Source: Piromyces finnis finn (taxonomy: Eukaryota > Fungi > Neocallimastigomycota). Taken from it: DNA of 64,000 nt. Shown in pieces: positions 52,398-64,000 of the stretch. Each line of letters begins with the position of its first letter. The first letter of the stretch is position 1. The position numbers and the translations under genes were made by a program. The stretch spans positions 496,001 to 560,000 of the forward strand of contig MCFH01000015.1 in assembly GCA_002104945.1 (NCBI GenBank). The letters run 5' to 3'. Below the pieces are notes generated by a model. It ran no database searches. It saw only the letters and a program-made list of their open reading frames with translations, and was not told the origin of the DNA.

Positions 52398-55300
52398 ATG
52401 TCAGTCCTTTATATTAAAGATAAGAATTATATCAGACGTGGTACCCGGTCTTATGGTATCCCCTTAGATGATATTCGCTCCTTCTTTATCCGTGGTATTC
52501 GATCATGGTCAGTAAATATGCTATGGGAAAAACTCGAGGTTATTCTAGAAGATAAATTTAATTCAGTTATTAGTGTTAAATATTTTCAAACTTTCAATGA
52601 TCACTTTTTCTTAGTCAAGGTTCATGGTTCATCAAAAGATTGTATTAAAATCTTACACATGTTAAAGAAGAAACTTTCAGTTACCTCAATTTCCTTTTCA
52701 GCTCGTAGTAGAAGGAATCACAAATACACTTTTTCCACTCTCAAACGTAAAATTTTAGTTTCTAATAAACATCAACATTCTATTCAACAATCATTTCAAC
52801 AATCAGTTCAACAATCTCATCAACAATCCGATCTTCAACAAGATCTTCAACAAGATCTTCAACAAGTTTCCCATCATGAAAATATTCCAGATCTACAGCA
52901 AACACAATTTCAATCTCAACATTCAACAATTAATTCTAATAGCTCTATCAACTCTGATAACAGTTCAATAGTTGATAGTTCTTCAGTTTCACAGCCATCT
53001 AGTAATAGTTCTACTTATTCCTCTGATGCATCATCCATTAATAATGATGACCTTGATAATAATAATAATAGCAACGATTCTTCCTCATCCAACAAGCCTG
53101 ATAACTTTTCTTTTTGTCTTAGTTGGAACACCAATGGGTGGAATCACGAAAAGAGAGATAGTATTAGCTATTTCACAGCTATTTTCAAACCATTATTTTT
53201 ATGTTTCCAAGAAACTGGTAATGGTTCTGGATCGAATACAGATTATCCTTGTCGTGTTACTTTGCGAAACTATAGACACTTTTTCAAGAAAGCTGACGAA
53301 TCAGTTCCTGGAATGAGAGGTTTATATTTAGGTTTTCACAATTCGTGTCAAGCCTCACTTGAAAACTTCTCTGGAAAGTATATTATTTCTATTTATACTT
53401 TTAGTCTCTGGAATAGATTCAAATGCTCGATTGGAAATGTTTATATGCCTCATAGTCATCACAACATCTATGTTGATCATGCAAAGTTAGAAGTTCGCTT
53501 GTGGTTACAAACTCATTCATCCCATCCATCGATTCTTGTTGGTGATTTTAATATGTTTAAAGTAAAATTATCCAACTGGTTATCAACTAATGGATTAGGA
53601 GATTGGGAAATTCTTCCGCTTAGAGGGTCGACTATCTCTTGGACTCGAGGTGATCAATCTTCCGACATTGACCATGCTCTTATCAATTCGAAGATGAAAG
53701 ATCTTATTCACTCAGGATCATTTATAAATAATTTTTATCCTGTATAAGACCATAAGCCACTTCTTATTAATGGTAAAATTATTCCTATGGAAGATTTTTC
53801 TAATGACTTTAATGTTCCTAAGAAAATTCTGAAATGGAATAGATTAAAATGTATTGAGGAAAAGGAATCTATTCTCAGTCATAATAAATTCCAAATACTT
53901 TCAGCAAAATTCAACGATCCTAATGTTTCTACAGATGAACTTTCCAAAGAGTTTACTTCAACTGCTTTTTCAATTGCAGACGAGCTCAGTATTACTTCAG
54001 CAAATAATGTTATAAAGTCTTCATTTCATATTTCACAACAAATTTTTAATCTTCAAAAAATCAAAATGAAGTTGTATAAGAGATTTAAAAAAGAAAGAAT
54101 TTATGATATAGATGAATTTATTAAAAGAATTAAAATCTACCGTAAGCTCATTGATTACATCCACAAAAGATGTAATGAATTTAGGAAGCAAGAATATCTT
54201 AATTGGATTAAAACAGGATGTGAGTATATGAAGAGTCATAATCCTAAGAAGGCCTGGAAATGGATCAAGAAAACTGCAAAAATTGGAAAAGATTCTTTCT
54301 TTATTGCTCAACCAATTAAAAATAAAAATGGAGAATTAGTTGTTGCTACGGAAGAACAACTAGAAGTGTGGCATGATCATTTCGAAAATCTTGCATCAGA
54401 TCCAAGTGGTGTAAGTCTTGATTTGGAGCATTGGTATGAAGAACCAATGAATAAACGTTTTTCACTTCCTATGCTTGATGAGTGGGATATCAACCAAGAT
54501 ATTAGTATTGATGAAGTCAAGTCAGCTATCCTCTCTACTCCAAATTATAAAGCATCTGGTCCGGATGGTATTCCAATTGAATTTTACAAAGCATTAGTTC
54601 CATCAAGTAATGATTCTAATAATGCTACAGATAATAATTCTTCTGGTAATACTACTTCAGATAATGATGCTCATGGTTTAAATTTTATTCTTAAATTATT
54701 CAACCGTATTTGGGATGGAGATTTCCCCAACTCATGGAATGAATCCAGTATTGTTTCTATTCCTAAGAAGGGAGATTTGACAGATTGTGATAACTATCGA
54801 GGTATATCACTTATCAATAATGGTATTAAGTTGATTTCCAAAATTGTCACCACTAGAATCTCAGAATATGGTCTAAAGAATAATTTCATTAGACCTGAAC
54901 AATTTGGTTTTCGAAAAAAGGAAGAAAGTATTAGTCTTTTCATTTCAATCCAAGAAATATGCCGTAGACGTCAATTAGATAATAAAGAGACATATTTGGC
55001 CTTTTTAGATCTCAGGAAAGCATACGATTCAGTCCCAATCGGTAATATTCTCCATAAATTAGATTGTTTAGGAATCCGAGGTAAGAGTTTACAATTCATC
55101 AAAAATTTATATTTAACATCTAAGGCTAATGTCAAATTAGATGGACAATTCTCGAAATCTTTTGATGTGAAGAAAGGAGTCCGTCAAGGTTGCCCTCTTT
55201 CTCCTATTCTCTTTAATCTCTTTATTAATGATATATTTAAAGAGTGCGAAGATCTTGGAGTCAGTTTAGGTGACACTCGATGCTGTGGTGGACTTTTTGC

Positions 55301-56948
55301 AGATGATATAGTTATTTGTGCTCCAACAAGAGGATGCTTAAAAAAGATGCTTAGAAGAGTTAATGAATGGGCATTGTATAATGAAATGGAATTTGGTATC
55401 CAGAAATGTTCAACGATGGTGATTCGTCCTGAATCAATAGAAAATCAGAACAAGAGAGATCCAACATTTTACTTAGCAGGACAACCCATTCCAACTACTG
55501 ATTGTTATACTTATCTTGGTGTTCCATTTGATAAGAATTTGTCCCTTAAACCAGTAATTAAAGCTCTTAATAACAAGGTTTTGAAAGGACTTTTCTCAGT
55601 CAGTAAATTCTTAAGAAATCCTAATATTCCTATTCCTTTCAAAAAGCTAGTACTTAACTCACAAGTGATTAGCAGAGTTTCATACTTTGCACCATTACTT
55701 GGATCCAACAAAACTAGGTCTAGGATTGCTCAGAAGCATGTTAACAAAGGAATACGATGGGTTGCCGGAGTTCATAAAGCTGTATCGTTTATTTCTTTAT
55801 ACTCTATTTCAAAAGATTTGAATATTCCTCCATTGTCAGCCAAATGTGCGTTAGCTCAGGTTAGATGTTTTAACAAATGGAAAAACTCAAATTGTATTAT
55901 CTCACACCTTGTCAATTACATTCCTAAATTTAGAAAATACACGTGGTGCAAATCAAGTAGGACACTTGATAAAAAACTAAAGAAACATGGAGATGTTAAA
56001 GCAGTTAAAAACTTTTATTGGAAAGATCTCAAAGGGAATTCAATCAAAGCGCAATATTATGATGATAATAAATTTATTGAAACTAAAGATTTTATTAAAT
56101 TATGTTATGAATACCCAGAGTTTGCCTATGGCTTCTACTGGCTATTGAAAGCAAGAAGCGGATACAAGTTGGATGCTAGAGTTGCCAAAGCTGCTAAATT
56201 TGTTGATCCAGTTTGTCCTAACTACTGTCCATGTTGCAAGTGTGGAGATCAAAGTATTAAACATTGGTTATTAGATTGTCCAACATTTAGAGATATCCGT
56301 ATTAAACATTATGATTCCATAGTCCATCTATTAAATTTTTTCAGTCAACGTAATTCCAATAGTCCTATCAATAATAATGAAATTGATAATATCAGCAGAG
56401 ATAGCAATAACAGTAATAGTAATAGTAACAATTTTAATAATAACAACAGTAATAATAACAATAGTAGTAATAGTAATAATAGAAATAGTAATAATAACAA
56501 TAGTAGTAATAGAAATAATAATATTAGTAATGATATTAGTAATGATAGCAATAGTGAAGATAATAATTCTAATTTAGATAGTAATTTAGTTAATAATAGT
56601 AATAGTTCTAATAATCCGGTGAATATTAATGTGTATGATTATTCTAGTGTGTGCAGTAAAATATTTAAATTCCTTCTTGGGGGAAGAAGTTTTAACAATA
56701 TTAATTACAATTCAAGGGAATGGAAAGAACTTTGTAAGCGTCAGATTCAATCTGGTACTAACGAAGGAACACCATTCTTGACGGTAACCGCGGAACTTCT
56801 AACCAAAATCATGCCTTTTGCTATTGGCCAGCAATGGTCAATGTTCAAAAGGTTTGAAGCAACATCCAAGAGCGTCAATGCTGAAGAAACAGTAAGACAG
56901 GCCAGGAGGGCCAGCGCAACCAATGGAGATCATAATTTTGTTCCATGA
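52398..56948 (+). pseudogene. LINE copy 2 polyprotein interrupted by TCA>TAA at 53745-53747
   Basis: ORFs 52398-53747 and 53787-56948 are in the same frame. Copy 1 reads cct gta tca gac cat; copy 2 reads cct gta taa gac cat (APE SDH motif). Confidence 0.96.
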
Positions 56949-58215
56949 CAAAATTTTGATCTTTGGCTCGGTGTCCCATTGGAAGTCAAATACAATTATT
57001 ATACTTTAGTATGATAGTGGCTTTCTTACTTTAATTAAAATTACTAGAATACATTATACCCAATTTTTATTCATTTGTGTTTATTTAAACATATTTTTTT
57101 TTATTTTTATTTTTATTTTAATTTTTTATATTACATGTATTATATTTTTAATTAAATTAATAATAAAGTTTAAAAATATTTGATGCAGTTAAAAAAAAAA
57201 AAAAAAAAAAAAATTCTAATAAATATGAATCATGTATAGATGATTTTTATCCTGTATCAGATCGTAAGCTTACAATTCCTTTTATTTATTCTTGCGTTTT
57301 GTTGTGGGGTGCGATTACCATTACTTTTAATCATATTTTTTAATTTTTTTATTTTTCTCTATTTTTATTTTTTCGAAGGGCGCTGCTTTTTTTATCTACG
57401 ATTTTTATATAATTTCTAGTAATGTCTTTATTTTTGAAACTCTAGGTTTTCCAAGGAATCTCCTTCTACTAAAATTCTTTTGTATACTTTTTCTATCTCT
57501 TTTCTATATATCTTTTATACTATATATTACATATTTATCTATATATTTGTATAATTTTTTAGATTTATTATGGACTCTCATGGTAAGTATCAAACACCTT
57601 CTTTTTTTCTATTAACATTGTGCCAATGAAGCTTAAATCCTGGAAAATCGAGTATTCTAGTTTTTATTTTATATACTACTCTTGGTTCAAATTGTATTTT
57701 GAAATTTTATTATGTTCTTTATTTAAATTCTTTAAATCCTTTACCCTTTGCAATATGGTATAATAGCTGCTCACTCTTTTACCACTCTTCCTTCATCATA
57801 AATTAGCATTAATGATTATTTAAATCCAACAACCAGAATCAACATAACACAATAGTCAACCAACAAACAGCATTTTCTAATAAAAAAATAAAGTTTACAA
57901 ATTATAGTTATAATTCAGAAATTCAAAGTGACAGAATATAAATTTATTTCCAATTTAAAGTCTTCAATAAAGTTAAAACTAAATTTTTTCAGTAACTAAG
58001 TTATTTTTTTCCAAGTTTTAAAATTAAAACATTGTTTGACAAATAATCCAATAACTATTCTATATATCCGTTTTTTACTAAAATTATTTTTTATACTATT
58101 ATATTACTATTTTATATTAATTTTATCCAATATTTATCAATCAATATCAATATCTATTTTAATATTAAATATCAATTTTTTAATAGTTATATTTCCATAA
58201 TAAGTTCCTTTAAAA

Positions 58216-60012
58216 ATGAACATTATCAATTGTACTGTGTATACCTTACGACGTGGCCTACGTTTCTTTGGGCCTAACTCAAATAAATCATACCTCATTT
58301 TTATCCATGATCTTAGTTCATGGTCCAAACAACGCCTAATGGAATTTTTATTAAAAGATATTCAGCCTTTCAATAAAATTCTCCAAATCCCTTAACAAAA
58401 AATATTCACAATCACTCGGTACTTATTTCATTCTAAAAGCCGACAGTAAATTTCCGCTAAAAGTCATACTTCTTATTCACTCTCTTTCCAATAAACTCCC
58501 AATTTCTAGTAAAATATCTTGGAAATTCATTGATAAGCTCAAAAATAATAGATCTTATAAAAATAAGCGTTCTATTAAAACCACCATTTATCCACTCTCG
58601 GACAATTTCTACTTTAGTCACTTAAATTCTAATACTTCCTTTTTCAACTTATGTACTTACTGGAACATCAATGGTTGGAACCCGAAGAAAAAGGACGGGG
58701 TTCTATACTTCACTTCAGTTTTCAAACCTATATGTGTTTGCCTTCAAGAAGTAGGTAGCAACCAATTCCTTTGTAGTAATGCAATTTCTTCTCCATGCCT
58801 TCCGAACTATAAACCAGTACATAGACGTGCTAATCCTAAAGTTCCTGGTATGAGAGGGCTTTACATTGGTGTTCACAATTTATGTTCCTTTGCACCTGAA
58901 CCTCTTCTATATAAGTACATTATTTCAGTTACATTATTGTCATTTTGGAGCCAGAGATGTACCATTGGTAATATTTATTTCCCGAAAACTAGATGGCCGG
59001 ATGCTAAATTAATTGCCTTTGATGAACTTGGGAAATGGCTAACAACACATAACAAATTCAACCATCCAGCTATCCTTGAAGGAGACTTTAATATGACAGC
59101 TATTAAAATCAAATCTTATATACCACAACACTTCCCGGATTGGACTATGGCAGAATTAACTGGTAATAATTTCACTTGGGAAAAAGGTTCTAAATCTTCA
59201 TGCATTGATCATATTATATACAACAAAGCTATGACAGAACACATAAACAAATCTTCAGTTTGCGAAGTTTTTCACGATGTTTCTGATCACAAACCGATCC
59301 TTGTGTCTTGTAAAAAAGACTCTTCTGATGGTTTCAAAAAGCCTAAGAAGACCTTTAAATGGTCAAGTCATATCTGTAACACAAAGTGTTCTGACATTCT
59401 TACTAGTAATCGCTTTGCTGTTCTAGCTTCCGAGCTTGAAACTAATTGCGATAGCCTTTCGGCTGACGATATGGTTTCAAGTCGTTCCAGTTTTTATCCT
59501 GGTTGTTAAGGCGTTTCCTTAGCATACATAAGGCTTCTGGTTCGACCCAGCAGATGTCAGTGCCTGTTGATTTTCCCACTGGGTTTGCCATGGGTTGGGT
59601 TATGATATTCAGGTAAGTATAAATGAACTTTCTAATTTACTACTATGATAATAACACTCGTCTAGCCGGCCTGAGAGGATCTAGTGTACATGGTACATTC
59701 CAAATTAGAACTTAATAAGTGGTGACTTAGGCTATGCCAAAAACACATAATATTCCTTAATCAATTTAAGTGTAAACATTAGGGGGCGGTTGACACGTGA
59801 TCAAATTGACTATAAGAGGCTTAGCATTGTAGTTGTGAAATATCGTACAACGACATGCATCTAATGTACATGGATTAAGTGAGCGTCGAAGCTGAAGAAA
59901 CAGTATGACAGACCAGGAGGGTCACAACCACCTAGCAATAGGAATGAGCCAACGTTTCTCTAAGAACCACCATTGGAGCTAACTCTGATCGATGGGAGAA
60001 ATGCACTCGGAA

Positions 60013-60043
<31 letters not shown>

Positions 60044-61620
60044 ATGGTTTCAAAATTTTTAGATACCTCCAAAACTATAGGTAAAGAAATAAAAGTCAAT
60101 GTGTCTGCGGAATTAAAAGGTCCAGCATTCCATTGCCCTCAATACATCAAAAATTTATCAATGAAAAACCAAGTTATTTATCCTCCCATGTTTCTATCAT
60201 TAAGGACAAGAATGGTAAAGATTTATTTTCTCCACAAGAACAACTAAAACGATGGGCTGAACATTATGAAAATCTTGCATCTGATGTTACAAATCACAGC
60301 TTAAATCGTGGTTACTGGGAAAGAGCCTTCCAATTCAACCATATCAATCAAATAGCATGGGATATAAATGGTCCCATTTCTATTAAGAAAATTAGAAATA
60401 CTGTTCTGTTAATGAAGAATAATAAGGCTCCAGGTCCCAATGGTATCCCAATTGAATTCTTCAAAGCTTTCTTTTGTAACGAAGAACTGGAAAAAGAACA
60501 TAAGTCTGCTGGAAATTGTCTTAAATTAATTTTTAATAAAATCTGGAATGGTTCCTTTCCTTTGAAATGGAACTCTGCTTCCATTGTTTCTATTCCAAAG
60601 AAAGGCGATCTTTCAGACTGTAATAATTATCGTGGTATTTCTCTCATCAATGTAGGTCTTAAAATCATTTCAAAAATTGTAACTGATAGAATTTCAAAGT
60701 ATGCTCTTTCTCATAATTTTATAAGACCTGAACAATTTGGTTTTCGCAATAAAGAAGAATGTATTAGCTTATTTATTTCCATTAGAGAAATCTGTCAAAG
60801 AAGGAAATTTAAAGGAAAAGCCACTTATGTCGCCTTTCTAGACCTTAAAAAAGCATACGACTCAGTTCCTATTTTTAATATCCTTACAAAGTTATATAAA
60901 TTAGGTATACGTGGTAAATGTTTTGATTTTCTCAATAATCTCTACTCTACCTCTAAAGCTCGTGCACGTTTCTTGGATATGCTTTCCAATGAATTCCCTA
61001 TAAACCGTGGTGTAAGACAAGGATGTCCTCTTTCTCCTATACTGTTTAACCTCTTTATCAATGATATTTTAAATAAATGTGAAAGGCTTGGAGTTAGCTT
61101 AGGTAATAAACGTTGTTGTAGTGGCCTTTTCGCTGATGACATTGTTTTGATTGCTCCTAGTAAGAAGAACCTTCAAAAGATGCTCAATCTAGTCCTTGAT
61201 TGGGCTAATTTAAATGAAATGTCTTTTGAAATAAATAAATGTGCAACTATTGTTGTTAAACCTATCAACTTTAATAGATCCCCTAGTTATGTCGACCCAA
61301 CATTTTACATCGGTATGTGCTCGATTCCAAAGGTTTTTTGCTATACTTATCTTGGAATCCCATTCGACGAAGATCTCTCTCTGACTCCTATTCTGTCTAA
61401 TATGTACAAAAAAGTTCAGAAATCCTTATTCTCTTTTAAGAGCTTCCTCACTAACAATAGTGTTCCTATTGGCTTAAAAAATATAGTTATTCATTCCTAT
61501 ATTTTAAGTAAAGACTCTTATTACGCTCCATTATTTGGTTCCAACAAAAATAGAACTCGTAGAGTCCAATCTCTTATCAATACTGCTGTTCTTTGGAGCG
61601 TCAATAGCTTTCACAATAAA
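58216..61620 (+). mobile_element. Decayed LINE family 2 (diverged relative of family 1): frameshifted, internally deleted, 3'-truncated, interrupted by a SINE-like insert
   Basis: ATG 58216 MNIINCTVYTLRRGLRFFG..LSSWS aligns with the family-1 N-terminus; frameshift near 58390. APE WNING/LQEVG/GDFN/SDHKP; frameshift and deletion near 60150; RT FLDLKKAYDSV, GVRQGCPLSP, LFADD, YLG. No Zn knuckle or poly(A). Confidence 0.92.
59481..60041 (+). mobile_element. 561-bp non-autonomous retroposon (SINE-like) with tRNA-like head, LINE-shared motifs and poly(A)
   Basis: TSD atatggtttcaa at 59469-59480 and 60042-60053; poly(A)26 at 60016-60041. Removing it restores SADDMVSKFLDTS. B-box-like GGTTCGACCC at 59539-59548; LINE-like segment at 59881-59929. 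Confidence 0.9.
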
Positions 61621-62292
61621 AGTCTGAATAACAAGGATTTTAGGATTAGATCAGTTTTAATGAAACTGATCTAATCTTTTTTTTTTAGGTATACCTCAAT
61701 TATTTGAAAATACCATAATAAAATAAATAATAGGATCATATTAATTGAACAAGTCTTGACAATATATAGATTTCTGCTTTTTACTTTCAAGCATCAGTAT
61801 ATCCTATAAAATCATTTTTAAATCAATTTTAATAAGTGACACTTTAATAATAATTCGCTTTAAAATATAGTGGGAGAAAATATATATATATAGAAAATAC
61901 ACTATCATTCTATTAATTTTACAATACACAATTATTATATATACATTTAAAAAATATTTTAATTTTTTATTATTTTATTTTTAATACTTTATATATAAGT
62001 TTAATAATTATTTTTTATCTAATTTATAATAAAAAAAAATATATCTACTATATATATTATTCTTGTTTTTTTTTTATTTATTGTTTATTTTCATTATTAA
62101 TGCTTTATATTTTTTTTCTTTTGTATTTTGTTTTCTAATTCTTTTTCTTGTATTTAATTTTTATATATATAACATTCAATTTTTTTTTTATATTTTACAT
62201 TTTGTTGTTAAAAAACTAAATAATTTATAAAAATATTTTACATTTATTATTTCTTATAAAAAGAAACTAAATTTTTATTTGGTAACACTAAT

Positions 62293-63411
62293 TTAACGAC
62301 GGCAACCAGTCTTGGCAACTAATTCAGCTGGACATTCAACTTCTTCAAAGTCCATTTCTGGATTATCGGCATTCATGAACCAACCGAATCTCCATCTACA
62401 ACCAGCTTGGAGAGAAGATGGTAAGTTGGAACAACCATCAACTGAACGAAGACCACCATAACGTTCACCCCAGGAGGCAGCGTTAGTGTTGAATTGAGAG
62501 GAACAACCATCGAAAATACCAAGACCACCACCAGGCATTTGGAGATCGAAGTGGTTTTCACCAAGATCACCACCAGTGTTAGTAACTTGGACAATCATTT
62601 GCTTACCGGCAATAGCAGTGTTGGTGAAGGTTAACTTGTAACAAGCACAACACCAGGAAGCTTCAGAACCACCAGAAATGGAAGCAGCAGCGAAACCATA
62701 AGATAAATTGTCATTAACAGCCCATGGTTGTTGGTCAGTACACATGAAGGCTTCACCACCATCACAACCACTCTTAGCGTTAACATCACTAAGAACAGAA
62801 CCATTTCTGCTACAAGTGTTAACTGGGTGGCTTACGCTAGCCTTACCAGACCAGGAGCAAGATGGCTTACAACAATCCCAGTAACGAGTAGTCTTACCAT
62901 GTCTCTTACCAGAGCTTGGAGTGTAGTTACTGTTGTGGTTGTTGTTGTTATTGTTGTTGTTGTTGTTCCAGTTGTTGTTGTTGTTATTGTTGTTGTTGTT
63001 CCAGTTGTTGTTGTTGTTATTGTTGTTGTTGTTCCAATTGTTGTTATTGTTGTTGTTGTTGTTGTTACCACCACATTTGCTGGTATCAATTTCACAAGCG
63101 GAATTGTTTTCCCAACCCCATAAACTGTTATCACCACCAGTACCAGTGACAGTACAACCGCTACATAAACGAGCACCGTGTGGACCAGTTCTGTTAGAGT
63201 TGTTGTTGTTGTTGTTACTAGCATTGTTACCACCGCACATGTTTCTGTCGATTTCACAAGCAGTGTTGTTTTCCCAACCCCATAAACTGTTGTCACCACC
63301 AGTACCAGTGACAGTACAACCATTACAATATGGAGCACCGTGTGGACCGTAACCAGCGGCAGCAGCGGCACCAACCAAACCAGCAATAGTTAATAATAAT
63401 TTAGAATTCAT
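62293..63411 (-). CDS. Secreted GH45 endoglucanase with two N-terminal CBM10/fungal-dockerin-like modules and Asn-rich linker (372 aa, intronless)
   Basis: Signal peptide [19 protein letters not shown]; two [34 protein letters not shown] modules; GH45 catalytic motifs [12 protein letters not shown] and [10 protein letters not shown]. Confidence 0.96.
   Translation of the reverse strand: MNSKLLLTIAGLVGAAAAAGYGPHGAPYCNGCTVTGTGGDNSLWGWENNTACEIDRNMCGGNNASNNNNNNSNRTGPHGARLCSGCTVTGTGGDNSLWGWENNSACEIDTSKCGGNNNNNNNNNNWNNNNNNNNNNWNNNNNNNNNNWNNNNNNNNNNHNSNYTPSSGKRHGKTTRYWDCCKPSCSWSGKASVSHPVNTCSRNGSVLSDVNAKSGCDGGEAFMCTDQQPWAVNDNLSYGFAAASISGGSEASWCCACYKLTFTNTAIAGKQMIVQVTNTGGDLGENHFDLQMPGGGLGIFDGCSSQFNTNAASWGERYGGLRSVDGCSNLPSSLQAGCRWRFGWFMNADNPEMDFEEVECPAELVAKTGCRR
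62935..63066 (-). repeat. Coding 33-bp tandem repeat (Asn10-Trp)x3 plus Asn10 in GH45 linker
   Basis: aac/aat runs punctuated by tgg every 11 codons. Confidence 0.9.
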
Positions 63412-64000
63412 TTTTTATTTTATTTATTTTTTTAATAATTTAGTAAAATATAATAACTATCAAAGTTATATTTACTTTCAAAGTAATAAAGATTAAAAAA
63501 ATTATGGAAAAAAGCTCTTCTTTAAATACCACGGAATGAAAGGATAAGTAGCAAATATATTAATATATAAATTACCAATATATTAATTCCGTTTTATTAT
63601 ATATTACCTAAAATCCATTAAGTTTCAAATAAAATATATAAAATTAATATAATTAAATTAAAGCTTACTTTTTCTTTTATAAAAAAATTAGTTTTAATAT
63701 AATAAAGTTTCAAATTTAACTTTATATAATATAATAATAATAAATTAAATTAAAAAATACATCTCAATTTAATTTCCATATTTTCCTTTTACTATTTTAC
63801 TCGAAGAATTATATATTTAATATATATTGGATTGAATACATCATCATTTAATATATTTTCCTTTTTGTTTTAACAAATACGATTTAATTTATTTTTGTGT
63901 AACTGTTGTTTTATTGCATGATAAAAATTTTTTAATTATAAATAAATATATTTTTTAGGATTTATATTTATACTATAAAATATAAAAAAAGCTTTTGTCC

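Larger units (their letters stand above)
51271..57213 (+). mobile_element. Full-length LINE family-1 copy 2 with rearranged 5' end, inactivated by nonsense mutation
   Basis: Near-identical to copy 1. Monomers at 51381-51750, preceded by a partial monomer and a displaced UTR fragment; poly(A)23 at 57191-57213; no TSD found. Confidence 0.95.

Noticed and set aside
59498-59560. Functional tRNA gene
   Set aside because: No acceptor stem or U33, 6-nt T-loop, and it lies inside a TSD-flanked poly(A) insert; at most tRNA-derived.
59663-59678. tagccggcctgagagg matches a conserved bacterial 16S rRNA stretch
   Set aside because: Only 16 nt; the flanks show no rRNA similarity. Treated as coincidence.
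62373-63386. Several overlapping ORFs (Cys-rich, Val-rich, Thr-rich) over the GH45 gene
   Set aside because: Alternate-frame shadows of a codon-biased, repeat-containing CDS.

Overview
Extremely AT-rich eukaryotic DNA, almost certainly from an anaerobic gut fungus (Neocallimastigomycota): it has spliceosomal introns, AAT microsatellites and a GH45 cellulase with fungal dockerin-like modules. Bases 1-43.2 kb hold host genes: an unknown ORF broken by an 8-bp duplication, a giant intronless Hst2/SIRT2-type sirtuin, an ankyrin-repeat protein, mRNA cap N7-methyltransferase, kinesin-14, derlin, FHIP/FAM160, thymidylate kinase and UDP-glucose pyrophosphorylase. Bases 44.5-61.7 kb form a same-strand nest of non-LTR retrotransposons that can be ordered from target-site duplications (TSDs) and poly(A) tails. 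The nest contains an intact single-ORF LINE (RRM-like, APE endonuclease, RT, Zn knuckle) inserted inside a 5'-truncated copy of itself. That truncated copy sits at the 5' junction of a second full-length copy killed by one nonsense codon. A decayed second LINE family follows, carrying a 561-bp poly(A)/TSD SINE-like insert. The most unusual part is the LINE's non-coding machinery: three tandem ~124-bp hairpin-rich 5' monomers, a canonical-looking spliceosomal intron (GTAAGT...TACTAAC...CTAG) retained in the 5' UTR of retrotransposed copies, and a partner SINE sharing both the 16-nt donor motif and a ~50-nt 3' motif with a compensatory base-pair change. A GH45 endoglucanase ends the window. All structures, alignments and exon models were made by eye; no searches were run.
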